A stretch of 64,000 nucleotides of DNA from the NCBI RefSeq assembly GCF_000150275.1, contig NW_002060957.1:1538445-1602444 (forward strand). Direction: 5' to 3'. A program made the translations under genes and the position numbers. This document shows positions 14,101-25,894 of the stretch, piece after piece (the stretch's first letter is position 1; every line of letters starts with the position of its first letter). Under the pieces are notes generated by a model. The model was given only the letters and a program-made list of their open reading frames with translations, was not told the DNA's origin and did no database searches. The DNA comes from Trichoplax adhaerens. Its lineage: Eukaryota > Animalia > Placozoa.

Positions 14101-15712
14101 AATGGAGTATTAGAATTGTCACACGAATGCATTAAATTTCTGCTCGAGTTGTCAAGTTACCTTATTGAAAGGTATGCTTATCACGGATGTTGACTATCAT
14201 TAGGATAATCAAAATAAGGAGAAATTTTGCTTACGGAATTATTTATTAAACTAAGGCCAAGAACAATATTCAAGAATAAAAAATTTCAAGATAACTGTAA
14301 TCTGTTAACCGCTTTCAAAGAAACACAATTTGTTGGTTAGTTACTAAGCTTGAAATTAAAACTACCGAAAGATTCATGTTTAATGTTAACCTGCATTTTG
14401 CGGGAGAAAGGCTCTAAGTTGGATTCACACTCAAACTATTCTTTTATGCTAAAAAGGAACAGTATCACTGCTATACGCTATTTTGTTAGCAAATGGTCCT
14501 CCACGACGAGCATCTGATCCTCCAAAGTTATGTTCTCGTATTCATAATCTAATAAAGACTTCAATTGAATTGCTGAATTGTGTTGCAGTATTAGATCTAG
14601 ATTTGTTTCAGGTAATTTTTGATACGGATTAAAACAGATTCAAAGCTGATAAAAAAGTTTATTTGAATTGCAATCAATCATAGTCTATTCTAGGCCAAGA
14701 AGGAATATCCTTAGAATATCGTCATGTTATGGTCTATTTACTATGGTATTTAACTGATTTTTTACAGATTATTCGACATAGATTTACTTTTTAGACATAA
14801 TTAAGTGACAGCTATAACGATTTAAATTTCTTATTTAAAATTTGCTCAAGATATGTTTAGTAGATTAGCTATTTTACACTGTGTTCTTAACGCTTATTTC
14901 CTTAAGGGTATAAGGAGAGAAATTAAAAATGTACATGAAGCTGAATAAGTTATCTGTTTACATTGTTAATACTATCCTATAGGCATTTCAGTTTTCACAA
15001 GGATGATGCATTATTGCAAGATATTATTATGAACATTGGATACTACTCAATTCTTAACAACGACAATCAAACATTTATTCAAGCTAGTCGTAGCCCAACC
15101 ATTCTTCAATTACTTTGTGCTTTACCTTTTGACTACTTTAGTAATCCAAGGTAATTATGTTAGTTTTATCATTAATAATCTCGGTTAGTTGACATATATT
15201 AGATAATTTGGTTGGTAGATATAGTTTAGACTTCGTTCCCTCAGAACGCATTGTTTCACTAAGCTTTCTTTTAATGAACTTAGGTTAAAAGATGTTTTGT
15301 TTCCAACGTTAATGGCCTTATGCTTTAGAAATTATGATAATAAAGCTATTTTGGATCAAGAAAGTAGCAGCTCTTTCTTAGCAGAATATATTACCGTAAA
15401 ATCTCCTTTATTCAATATTTTCCACACTTTTTAATAAATGTATAATTGCTGTTAAAAAAATTTACACCTCGTTCTTATAGGGTTACCAATGTAAGAATAA
15501 GGGGTCAGAAAAGAAGACGGAGGAAAAGAAAGGTTTAATCAGATTTACTTAGCTTTGGTTAGCTACAGCGAGAGATTTCTGAATACTATTCGATACTAAA
15601 AGCGCATATCTGCATTTATCACATTATAGATGATTTAGTGTCACTTCCATCACGGTTTCCGTCCAGTTATTGGCTAGAGGCATGCCATTTCTTCTCATCA
15701 ACCGCTAGCTAA
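8108..15712 (+). CDS. SCAPER: S phase cyclin A-associated protein in the ER (SCAPER/ZNF291) ortholog, about 30 small exons
   Basis: Exon 8501-8680 encodes LKARYWSYLFDNLNRAVDEIY, followed by ...RPTSLAWEVRKSSPG (SCAPER N-terminal domain). There is a long E/K/R/Q coiled coil (10.4-12.0 kb), a U1-type zinc finger CSLCKVQ/IMSEVYLLSHLRGKIH, SPTILQLLCALPFDYFSNPR, and a C-terminal SRFPSSYWLEACHFF ending in TAA at 15710-15712. The start codon (ATG 8108, MAMAE exon) is tentative. Confidence 0.93.
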
Positions 15713-18376
15713 ATATATGGATAATCTCATTACAATTAATTATATTATTTATGCAGCACACATAGCCTGTTCGACAATTTACTTCATGTATCACCTTGAA
15801 TATGATACGTTGGAAAAATTTACTAAGAGAAAGAACACACATCAAACGCTCGATATATAATATCGTTGATGCTAACATAAGAAAAGTATTGCTTATGTAA
15901 AACTGGATAAGATAGTAATTCTCCGAATAATTTACAGTCCGCGAGGATATACGATAGTTTATATTTAGGTCATATAATTGATATTTTTTCAAATGTAACA
16001 GTGACCACTAGTAACCGCCCTAATTTTAGGCCTGTCAATGATGTAGAGTATGTTAATAACAATACCTCTACCGATTATGGTTGGCACAACTATGTACATA
16101 TGTGGTATTTCAAATCGTATAGCTGGCAATAAATCAAGTTTATATTAATAATAAAAACTATGCCATAAAGATATGCAAGGAAGTGAGCTCGATTATGTAG
16201 TATAATCGCGGTTAACCAAGTTCTTGACAAACGGATAAATTTAAAGTCTAATTAATTGACAAAATTATCATCTATAGATAATCAGTTGTACGCCACTGTA
16301 TTTTGATAGCGTCTTAAGTTTAGGTTTATAATAAAGGGTCTTTAACATTTAGTAAAGTAAAGATAGACACGTCGGGATTAACTTCAGAAATCTTATTAAA
16401 TTGTACTTTCAAGCACCTTAAAAAATATGTTATACTCCATCATCGTAGATACATCATTTTTGGCCCACTAACGACTACCTGAGAAAGGAACATTCGGCAT
16501 TATTTTGCAAAATATAGCATCGTGCATTTTTCCTTTGAATGCATAAAATTTTATCTGAATATGCTCAACAAAACGCTCTTGTAGTTTTTTCACAATTATT
16601 TAGCGATCTTACTTACAAACTAACAAAACAGATAAATGGCTTTAATATATGCTGCTTAACGGGCCAAATTATAGATGATTCGAAGATAGCATAAGTTGAA
16701 TTGGATAAATACATTGCAGTGAATTTTATAGTTCATTGATTTAATTTTACCTTTGCAATATCTTTCTGATCGAAGCAATTGCGCGGAAAGATTCTATTAT
16801 GGATATTGCAATTACAAATTATTGCCCTAATTGATTAAATTAGCTAGCTAAGATCTATTCCAGTACTCTATTACTGTTTAGGTGATTCTATTTTCATGAT
16901 TACTACTGCAAGCAATCAAACAAGGCACCAGTATTATTAAATATTACTAACAGTCGGCAAAACTAGAAATGCGATTGTTAATACGTCTATTACTCTAATT
17001 GAAGATATATTTGGTCACAAATTATTTGGCAGCGAATTCTTGCTTGCTCTAAATCATTTATTAAGTATACAAAATGCTGTAATTACAGGTTAACTACAAC
17101 GTTGTTACTGCACGCCATATATCAGTACATCTTTAAACTATATCTAACATAATCAATAAATTGGAGTATTCATTTGATGATAATAGATATTTCATAATAA
17201 TTATAACGATAAAAATTATAATATTCTTATAAATGGGCAACCGCACTGCAATTTATCCATGATTTGTACGGTAATACTACTACTTATCTTAAATCATACA
17301 AGCTAATATTACTTTAGATAAATTAGCTAATTATAACTATTGTTGTAAAGTGGTTACATATTATTCTAACGTTAATAATTATAATTTCACCAGAAATTGA
17401 AGACATTAAATCTATAATCTCCGCCCATAATTAACAAACTTGTTAAAATGATCTTCTACGGAGAAAAATAAAGGGAATTTAGGTTATAACACTATAGCAA
17501 CAGACATTATTTCAAACAAGACTTTATCTGGTTAAAGACATCAAATGTTTAGGTTGCATAAGTAACACTTTATATTTAGTAAGTAAGTAAAGGTAGCTAT
17601 AATATTTAACAAATGTAGTAAAGTTTTTGTCTTTCTTTCGACTAAATATATTAGCAGGCTGCATTCAAATTCTCCATGGTGTTAACTATAATCTGTATGG
17701 AATGTATGATGTCTTTACTAGATAACTTTTCATCCCCTTAATAACCTAAAATTGCGTCTTTCACCTTATTTAGCTGAGAACAGATAAACTCAAATTAAGC
17801 TATCAGTTTATTTGTACAATAAACAAAAAATGGTACAAAAACATAAAAATAAAACTGCTCAATAAATAATCTGCACTATGTTGTCAAAGTAAGTTTATTG
17901 TACGGCTTCACGAATATTTAGTAACGGTTCCTTATTTAATAGTGAAACAATGAATGATGTCCACTGATAACAAGAGTAAAGAGGTAAAACAAGATATGGT
18001 CTAAGAAATACATAATTAATGATAAACATAAGATGCCTTAGTGGGCGATAGTGATTCTTGAAATCACTACATGGTTAATAAATGATAAACAAGACAAAAG
18101 ATAAAATAAATTAACTGAAAAAGAAACGATGAATACGATAATCAAGATTTAGATATGTAATGTAGAGAGAAATAGATTGGTTTATTGTACTGTTTTTCTA
18201 TTCTGATAGCTTCTACGCATTTTTTTTTATTGAGTGCAATAAAATTGACTATTTATCTTAATATTAACCTGCTTAACTGTTATCGTGAAAAGTCGAATAA
18301 GAATACGATATGGTAGACAGTATTGCAAAGAGCAATCCTTTAAACTAATTTCCATCTTGATCAAAATCATATTAAA

Positions 18377-21300
18377 TTAGATTGGGGGTTCTGATAAGAT
18401 TAAGTAGAGTTTGTCTTCGAAAGATTTAGATAAATAGGCATTCTATAATAAATTGTATTAGAAGCGGCTCATGTTTTCAATGAATCAGCAATATTTTCAA
18501 TCAAATTACAGAATCAACTCAAATGTTAAGCGTGTGTTTGGTTTAAAGTTTAATTTCCATTAGTTTGAACGGGTAGTTCACCAGTACATATAATCATAGT
18601 AAAGAAATTTTAGACTGGTTCCTTATAGCGGAACAACCGTTAAACATGATAAAGTCACGTTGCAAAATGGTGACAACTGTGTTGTATAGCAGCCTAGAAG
18701 TAATAAAAGAGGATAATCTGTAACATAATTCTACAAATGCAGCTCTAGGTGTATTCGAAACTAATAAATTCATTTATATCGGTATTAATTGTGGTAGAAA
18801 TTGCTGTAGCTGTCACAGAGTTGGGGTCTAATTTTAAAAAATCATAAATATTGCATCGAATTATCAAGAAGAATGAATTTTAGTGCAACAAAATTGATTT
18901 AAAATTATGCTAGAATGAATTAGTAATTAACGCGCCTTACTCCTTCTTTAGCTGCTTGCCACTGATAATTATTGTTTTCACTTTCCGGTAATGATTCTGT
19001 AGAAATTGAAAGTTTCTTACAGCAATATAAAGACAGTGTTTCAGAAAGATGGCCAAAATCAATTACGTCTTGATGAAGTGCTAGAGTCTTTTCACTCCCA
19101 TTATCGTTGCAATTCTTATCTTTCCAGTAGATTTTAACGCGAGAAAAGCTACCAAGCCTAGCTGTCACGCTCTATGTTTATTATATTTCATCAATTAAAC
19201 AAACATTCTTATGCAGTGTGAGTTTATTAGAAAATTCGTACATCATTTATTTAATAAGCTGATCTAAATAGATGTGAAATATTAGCTCCATCTCCAATTA
19301 ATCGGTATGCTGCAATTAACTAAATTCACTCAACTTACACTTGGCTCTGTAACAACAAAAACTGCACCAGCATTGATGAAGCCATGTGCAATTAAATTCG
19401 ATTGTAAAGAATCCACAGCTAAGGCAGTATCTTTAAGTATTTGCAAAATTTGCGTTGGTTGTAAAATTTTGGACTCAAGTTCCATTAAATGACTTAATAT
19501 AGAAACATTTTGCCCCTTAGTTGCGTAGCATGTTATTCTAGTAAAATAAAATTCAAAGCTTGTAAATGGCGAAAATGATTAGGTAGTACCCTCACGAATT
19601 CAACCGTTAACTGTACTTTCAATCAGTCAAGATTATTTCAAAAAATACGCATTAATAAAATTCTAAGTTTTGCGTTATGGCTAATATTATTTACAATTTT
19701 CCCTGTATATCGATGTTGACCAATTCATCATTTACCATTTGACATTTGCCACCATTAATCAACCTCAAACACTTGGCAATATTTTGTAACCTAAGATTAC
19801 GCCGTTTTATAGCAATATAGAATTGCATCTCATTTTTCCAGCATTTTATTTCATCCTTAGAATACATTTTTAATAATTCGAACGGACAGGCCTTAGTATT
19901 TGTTTCTTGCTCAACCAATAAATAGCTCTATAAATGTGAGAGTCAGTTTTAAAACTCGAAGTTATATTTACTGTGCATAGCCTAGCCAATTTAAATTAAG
20001 GTGATATCTATCGCCCTACTTTAGTGAGGCTTAAGTAGATTATTATAATTTAACTAGCAATCTACCGTAGACTAATGAATAAATTAATTAACGGCCATTC
20101 TAACTTCAGGCGGAAAATTTCATAGATTTTTATGACTTATTTGTGATCGTATCAATCAGATAAATTATACTAATTGCAACAGTTAAACTTATTTAAAAAT
20201 GTAAATTAGATAAATTTAGAAATGATAACAGTTTATTTTTCACCGTATGACAGTTTTTGGCAGTATCTACTTTTTTTAAAGTAAATTATTTTATTCTAAT
20301 AAATGAAACACTTAAAAGCCTAGGAAAAACTACTATTCTGGAGGTACTTAGATATAAAGGGTCTGAAAAATAAATACTTCGTTAACAATTTCAAATTGAA
20401 AATTGTTTAATACATTTCATAGTTAAAGCAATAGCATAAAAACGAAGGAAAAATTTCAAAACTGTCAAATCCAATTTAATTCTAACATCACTAATTCACA
20501 CCCCAACTGATAATGCATTTAATGAGCGAATAACTCACTTAAAACGGTAGTTAAATAGACAAGAAATGCAATAAACCTCAACTTAGACCTTGTTATTGTC
20601 TTTCAATTAGTCGAATACCCACTACCTATCCAAATCTAAAGAAACTACGGTAATTAATATCTCTGCATTTACTTAAAGCTTTATACAATTTTCTATCCAA
20701 ATTTAAAACAAAGTATCAAATCTATTGATTTTGATGTTGCATTTAGAGCCGCATCTTGGGAATACAAAAATAGAAGAATATAGTAGCTTCTTGAATTTTT
20801 AAAAGAAATAACCTCTACTATTGAGATATAAGAGACAGGAAATAAATACTCTAAATGATCACTTCTTGATATTTTTTCGTCACTCAGGACTTAAAAAGGT
20901 GAAAATAATGTTAGCAGCTACTTCTTGGAAATCATTTTATTTTAAATTACTGATTTAGCATTCTTATTACTGTACAGGTAATTTAAATAGTATTTGAGCC
21001 GACCTTATCTATGTGATGAGAGGTAGTTAAACATGATTTCGCCAGGTGCTTCTTAATTCTAGATTCGATTTCAACACCTTCAAGATATTAAATATTATTT
21101 AAAATAAAGCATTTAGAGCATTAGTCATTAAAATGAAGGAATGTATGCTTTATAGACTATCGTAGTCTAGAGCTAGCTTTTAAATCCAAAATTATTTAAA
21201 TTTGATCGTAATCAACTTACTATGCCATTCTTGATAGCGTTCATTATGCTCAATTCGTTCACCACAACTCCAACAATATCTCATAAGTAATAAACAGCAA

Positions 21301-21517
21301 CCCAATATCTTAAACCAATTATTCGCCGTATTGATAAAAGTTGTTATAAATATAGTATACAAGATAGGATTGATACAAGAATTAAGTGGTAAGGAGAGAA
21401 TAGCAATAAATGGTAAACTGTGAGTATCCAACCCTAGGCCAAATCCAGCCCGAAGTAGAACCACATACAACGGTAGCCAACAAATGAGATCCGTTATTGC
21501 AATGGTGATCATTTTAG
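18377..21517 (-). CDS. LGR/RXFP/GRL101-like rhodopsin-class GPCR (TM6-TM7 visible), putatively fused in frame to a C-terminal pseudokinase domain; 5' part cut off by the assembly gap
   Basis: Exon >21517-21221 encodes ITDLICWLP...LPLNSCINPILYT (LGR-type TM6/TM7, NPxxY) and ends at a GTAAGT donor. A candidate 38-nt linker exon lies at 20537-20500. Kinase-like exons: 19927-19695 (LLKMYSKDEIKCWKNEMQFY...NLRLQNIAKCL), 19537-19339 (ITCYATKG...LKDTALAVDSLQSNLIAHGFINAGAVFV), 19171-18941 (VTARLGSFS...). Tentative last exon 18442-18377. The GPCR and kinase-like parts are each well supported; joining them is inference. Confidence 0.65.
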
Positions 21518-21567
21518 NNNNNNNNNNNNNNNNNNNNNNNNNNNNNNNNNNNNNNNNNNNNNNNNNN
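21518..21567. other. Assembly gap (50 N) interrupting the GPCR coding exon
   Basis: Run of N; the true gap length is unknown. Confidence 0.99.
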
Positions 21568-23604
21568 ATTAATTATAAGTGAANTACCTTTTTATTATTT
21601 TCAGTGCAAATATTGATTAGCCAGAATCTTTAATGTGCAAAGATTACTGTCAGAAATCAAAAAAAAATGATGAGTAATACCAGTATTACAAAGCAGTTTG
21701 AAAGGTTGATATATGAACTATCCATAAAGTAGCAATTAATGGCTCATCGGAAGTAAGTTACGAAATCGATACTTTTAGAACTCGATCCGCCCTTATCCTT
21801 ATTTAAACAAATGAAATACATAAATGATTTTTATTATTGCAGTATAATCACATTGAATGTTAAACTAGCACAAAATTTATTGGTAATATCAAGCAGATGG
21901 TCTTCTCCTTGCTAGAATAGTGTGACAAAACCTGTCGTACTAACTGTAATTAGCGTTTAGATCATACAAGTAATTTCATAATAGCAGATTTTATTACTGA
22001 TTCTATACCGATTGCGATACTACGTAACAATATAACAGCTCTGACAGACAAGGAAAACTTCTTACAACAGCAGATCTTAGAAAAAAGGGCTAGAACAACA
22101 GTAACAGAAAAGCATAGCTGCTTAAATACGTCATCTAACTTTATTACAGTATAACGATTGCAAACAACATCAATTAAGACTTACAGAACTTAGCATGAGA
22201 ATAAAATTCTTTAATTACAATTAGTATTACATTCTGTAAAGCAGAAATCAATATACTCGAACTATTGCAAATATTACATATATTACACCTTTAATTGTCA
22301 ACAGCCCCAGATTTTGATATTATTTTTAAATTATATCTAATTTATTTTTACATAACATGTTGACAACGACAGCTTATCTAACAGCTTCTTTACCAATAGT
22401 AATTTAGAATTTACAGACAGCAAAGAACTGATATTTTTTTATCTACTTCTTTTGCATTATAATTTTTACTCAACTTTAGATAAAAGAAAATTCCATCTCT
22501 TGAAATGATTTTAAATTTACTAATTGCATGTATCTCATTAGCCTTAAATTAAATTCTGGGGAAGAAGAAGATATATGTCTTTTCTTTATTATTTATGTAG
22601 CTACTGGGATTAATATCATAGGTAATTAAATCTATTGATCTCTGTATTATTAATAATATAATAAAAGAATTCCTTACTTATAAGTAGATACATGAAAAAA
22701 ATATTGCAATATAAGGCGATACTTTATTATCACAATTCTACGCTAAATTTTCTATCTAGTAGTGAGATAATAACTTCTTCATGCGTTGCTAATTATTTTT
22801 TTGAAGACTAAGATTATTAATTATCCACATATGTTATACTGGATAAGCTCAGAACTTTCCGAATTAATATAGATTCTGATGCTAATCATAAATTTTCAGA
22901 TTTTAATTAGCTTGGGAAATTTAACTTCTTTAGTCTACCGTAATTATCATTCATATAATATATTTTGGCCGTTGTTGCATATCGTAAATATTACTTGCTA
23001 ATGGAGTATTACAACTTTAATTTATATGGAGATAATTGCCTATTGTCACGAAGAGATTCCGTATCGTTTACTGTTACCTAATTTGATTTTACTTTAACGA
23101 TAAATTTGGCCATGCGGTTGTAAATCACTACCGGACTCAATTTGTGCTCAAAGTGGCTTCTACGTGCATTTGCATTGATGACAGCTTTTTTGAGTTTTGT
23201 ATTAAGTTATGTCTTTGACCTTGTCGTTGTATCTGCTTTTATGGTAAAGCAATAAAGTCCACAATACAAAACCCGTTTTATCATCTACGAAAATTACATG
23301 CTTGTCCGTAAACAACAAACTTTACTTTGTATCGATTTGCAATTAGCAATTAGCAACGGTTATTACACATAACAATAATATTTTCATATACGTAGAAGTT
23401 TAAAACTTATTATGACGTTAAGTTGTCATACGTGTATATTAAGTGAACAAAAATTAATTATAATCTAAAAATTTATGATTATTTTCTATATCTCAATTAT
23501 TCCAGAGAAAATTTATTTGAAGAAAATACATAGTAGTAGCATAAGCAATTTTGGTAACAAGTATTAATGACGATACAATTGTTGTAAGATCTATTGTATA
23601 CATT

Positions 23605-23718
23605 TTAGACCATCCGAAAGTATCAAAACTACTTACAATCTTTCGTTACCCCCCCCCCCATCACTATTATAGGGTAACGAAAGATTGTAAGTAGTTTTGA
23701 TACTTTCTGCTGGTCTAA
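23605..23718. mobile_element. 114-bp MITE-like fold-back element with 47-bp inverted repeats
   Basis: 23605-23651 is the reverse complement of 23672-23718 with 2 mismatches. The 20-nt spacer contains poly-C. Flanks TATACATT (23597-23604) and TATACATG (23719-23726) form a 7/8-matching direct repeat. Confidence 0.7.
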
Positions 23719-23926
23719 TATACATGTTAGATAAGAACAGTATAGAGCAATACATATGCAGTATTTATTACTTGATTGAAAGCTATAAGTAGGTTTGAAA
23801 GTGATTGCTAGCTATATACCTAAATCTAATAATCCCGTATACAGTACTTGCGTTTGATCCTTATAGAAGAACAGCACAATAAATGGATGTAGTTGGTAAC
23901 GATAATAGAGACTGAATAACATGTAC

Positions 23927-24415
23927 CTGCTATATCTTTCTTTTAATAATATCGTCCACTTTCTAGCTGTGGTTGTCATTATGGAAATAAAATAAAAATA
24001 AATAGTAACAGTATACTTGAGAACATATAACTAATGATAATTTAGTAAGTACGATATTGTAATTCATCGCAAGTAATAATATTGGCATCTAGGTAATTTT
24101 AAGGAATAACTGACAGTATGATAGTAGTCTACAATCACAAGCTTAAGTGGCAAAATATTAAAACAAGTTAGCTACTCTGTCATTCTACAGTCGATGTACT
24201 GCGTAACCGAGTTTAATTATCTTTTACATGTAATATTTGTAAAAGTAGCGAATGGAATGTATTCTTGCAGAACAGCACTGGCAACAAAGTTCTAAGGTTC
24301 TATGCCTCTAGCAGATTCTAGAGTTACAATTAGTTCACTCTTTACCTGAATCATATCCGAAAAAGGCATCTGATTATTTTGCCATCCATAGCTTGTCCGG
24401 GAAGTTGGCGAGGAT
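23927..24415 (-). CDS. Three putative phase-compatible small exons of unknown product (possibly the 5' part of the GPCR gene, or a gene divergent from the hexosaminidase)
   Basis: AG/GT-bounded exons 24415-24346, 24291-24228 and 23966-23927 join to SSPTSRTSYGWQNNQMPFSDMIQNFVASAVLQEYIPFATFTNITSRKWTILLKERYS. No homology recognised, and one intron would be only 54 nt. Confidence 0.22.
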
Positions 24416-25329
24416 CTAAGAGTATATATCAAGATATACTACTATTAAAATTACTAGCAGACTACCCGTTGAAATGAACGGGAATTAAATTCAAAGCAAG
24501 CACATAACTTGTAGATAAACATCAATTGAATACTCTCGGAACTTATCCAAATTCAAAGAAATGAGCGTTGTCGTCGCAAAGGTATGGAAAATCTGACTAG
24601 TGCGGAATAAATTATCCAGTTTCTCACGGTTACCCGTTTGGGAAAGAAATTCGTAATTTTAGTCCAATTTTCTCTTTCTCAACAATACCTTCCAGTTTAA
24701 TTAACGATAATTAGTTAATAAAAGTTATTTTTCTATATTAAATCGATGTAAAAGGTTCTCTTTTATTTAGGCATATGCTGTAAATTACTGACTCTCTCAT
24801 TGGCAAGGAACCAATGAATTGAGCACATATTATAGCAGATACATACAAGACCAGAGAGTATTCTCTACTTTCCGCCTCTTCCCCACCCCCCCCCCCCCCG
24901 GGAAAAAGGATACCCCTCAATTTTTTGCCCTTTAATTCCTTAACTTAAGACAAAACACTAACGACGAGCAAGGCTGTTCTGGACTCCTAGATGTGCTAGG
25001 AAGATTGCCTAAAAATAGTCCATGACGTGATCCTGTATAGACCGATATTACGACGTGACTTGTAAAATGGTTGAAGCGACCAAACATGTAACAGCGACCA
25101 ATAGTTTGTATAAGAAACATTAAGGCAACATTATAACTAAATATCTTTCAACCATTTGAGAGGGCCTCGCCACGCCCCGGCACTGTAATTGTGATCTTCT
25201 ACTGCCCATTTCAGTATACTGAAGTACTCTATACTTCAGATGGACGGATTTCTTCGATCGCAACGTCGAAAATACGGTAGTTAGTTGGTTTTTAGTTCGA
25301 AATGTCTGTCCGTATGGTTAGGTTCAGCT

Positions 25330-25352
25330 CATAGAGTTGACTTAACTCTATG
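25330..25352. mobile_element. 23-bp minimal DNA-transposon relic: 9-bp TIRs with a perfect 8-bp TSD
   Basis: GTTCAGCT [CATAGAGTT gactt AACTCTATG] GTTCAGCT, with the direct repeats at 25322-25329 and 25353-25360. Confidence 0.6.
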
Positions 25353-25374
25353 GTTCAGCTAGAGCCATTTTTAA

Positions 25375-25805
25375 CACTACTACATTCATACTGTTTTTTA
25401 CAGTTAATACTATACAGTACTGTAGTGTACAGTACAGTACAGTACAGTACAGTACAGTAAGAAGTACTGTACATTCAGTATGCAGTACTGTACTTGACAA
25501 AATTTTTGTTATTGCACAGTACGGTACTGTACTTTACAGTGTACAGTATGTAGCATAGCTGCACTGGTACTTGTAAAATGCGTGAGAATCACATGATCGT
25601 AACGAATCGTAACCATACTGTACAGTAGACCACTACAGCACAGTCACCACAGTGCACCAAGTCCAGTACTGTACAGTACAGTACTGTACTGTACCGTACT
25701 GTACGTACTGTACAGTACGGTACGGTACTGTGCTGTACAGTGTACAGTACGACAGTATACTGTATCTTTGCTAGTCCATCATTCTGTCTGTGTGTCCGCA
25801 TACTG
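25375..25805. repeat. (CAGTA)n microsatellite and TACTG/CAGTA motif cluster immediately upstream of the hexosaminidase start
   Basis: gtacagtacagtacagtacagtacagtacagta at about 25427-25459 and dense ctgtac/gtacag/gtacgg copies at 25660-25765. Confidence 0.75.
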
Positions 25806-25894
25806 CAAAGTAATAACTTAACTTAAATATCCAAGACAAGACGCTGTCGATACGTTTTAAACTGCTTATACTGTCTGTGTACCATAAAATCAAA

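Noticed and set aside
19307-19492. Plus-strand 61-aa ORF
   Set aside because: Antisense shadow of the 199-nt pseudokinase exon.
22890-22945. LRR-like peptide LGNLTSLVY on the + strand near the GPCR
   Set aside because: Wrong strand for the GPCR, isolated and surrounded by stops; probably chance.
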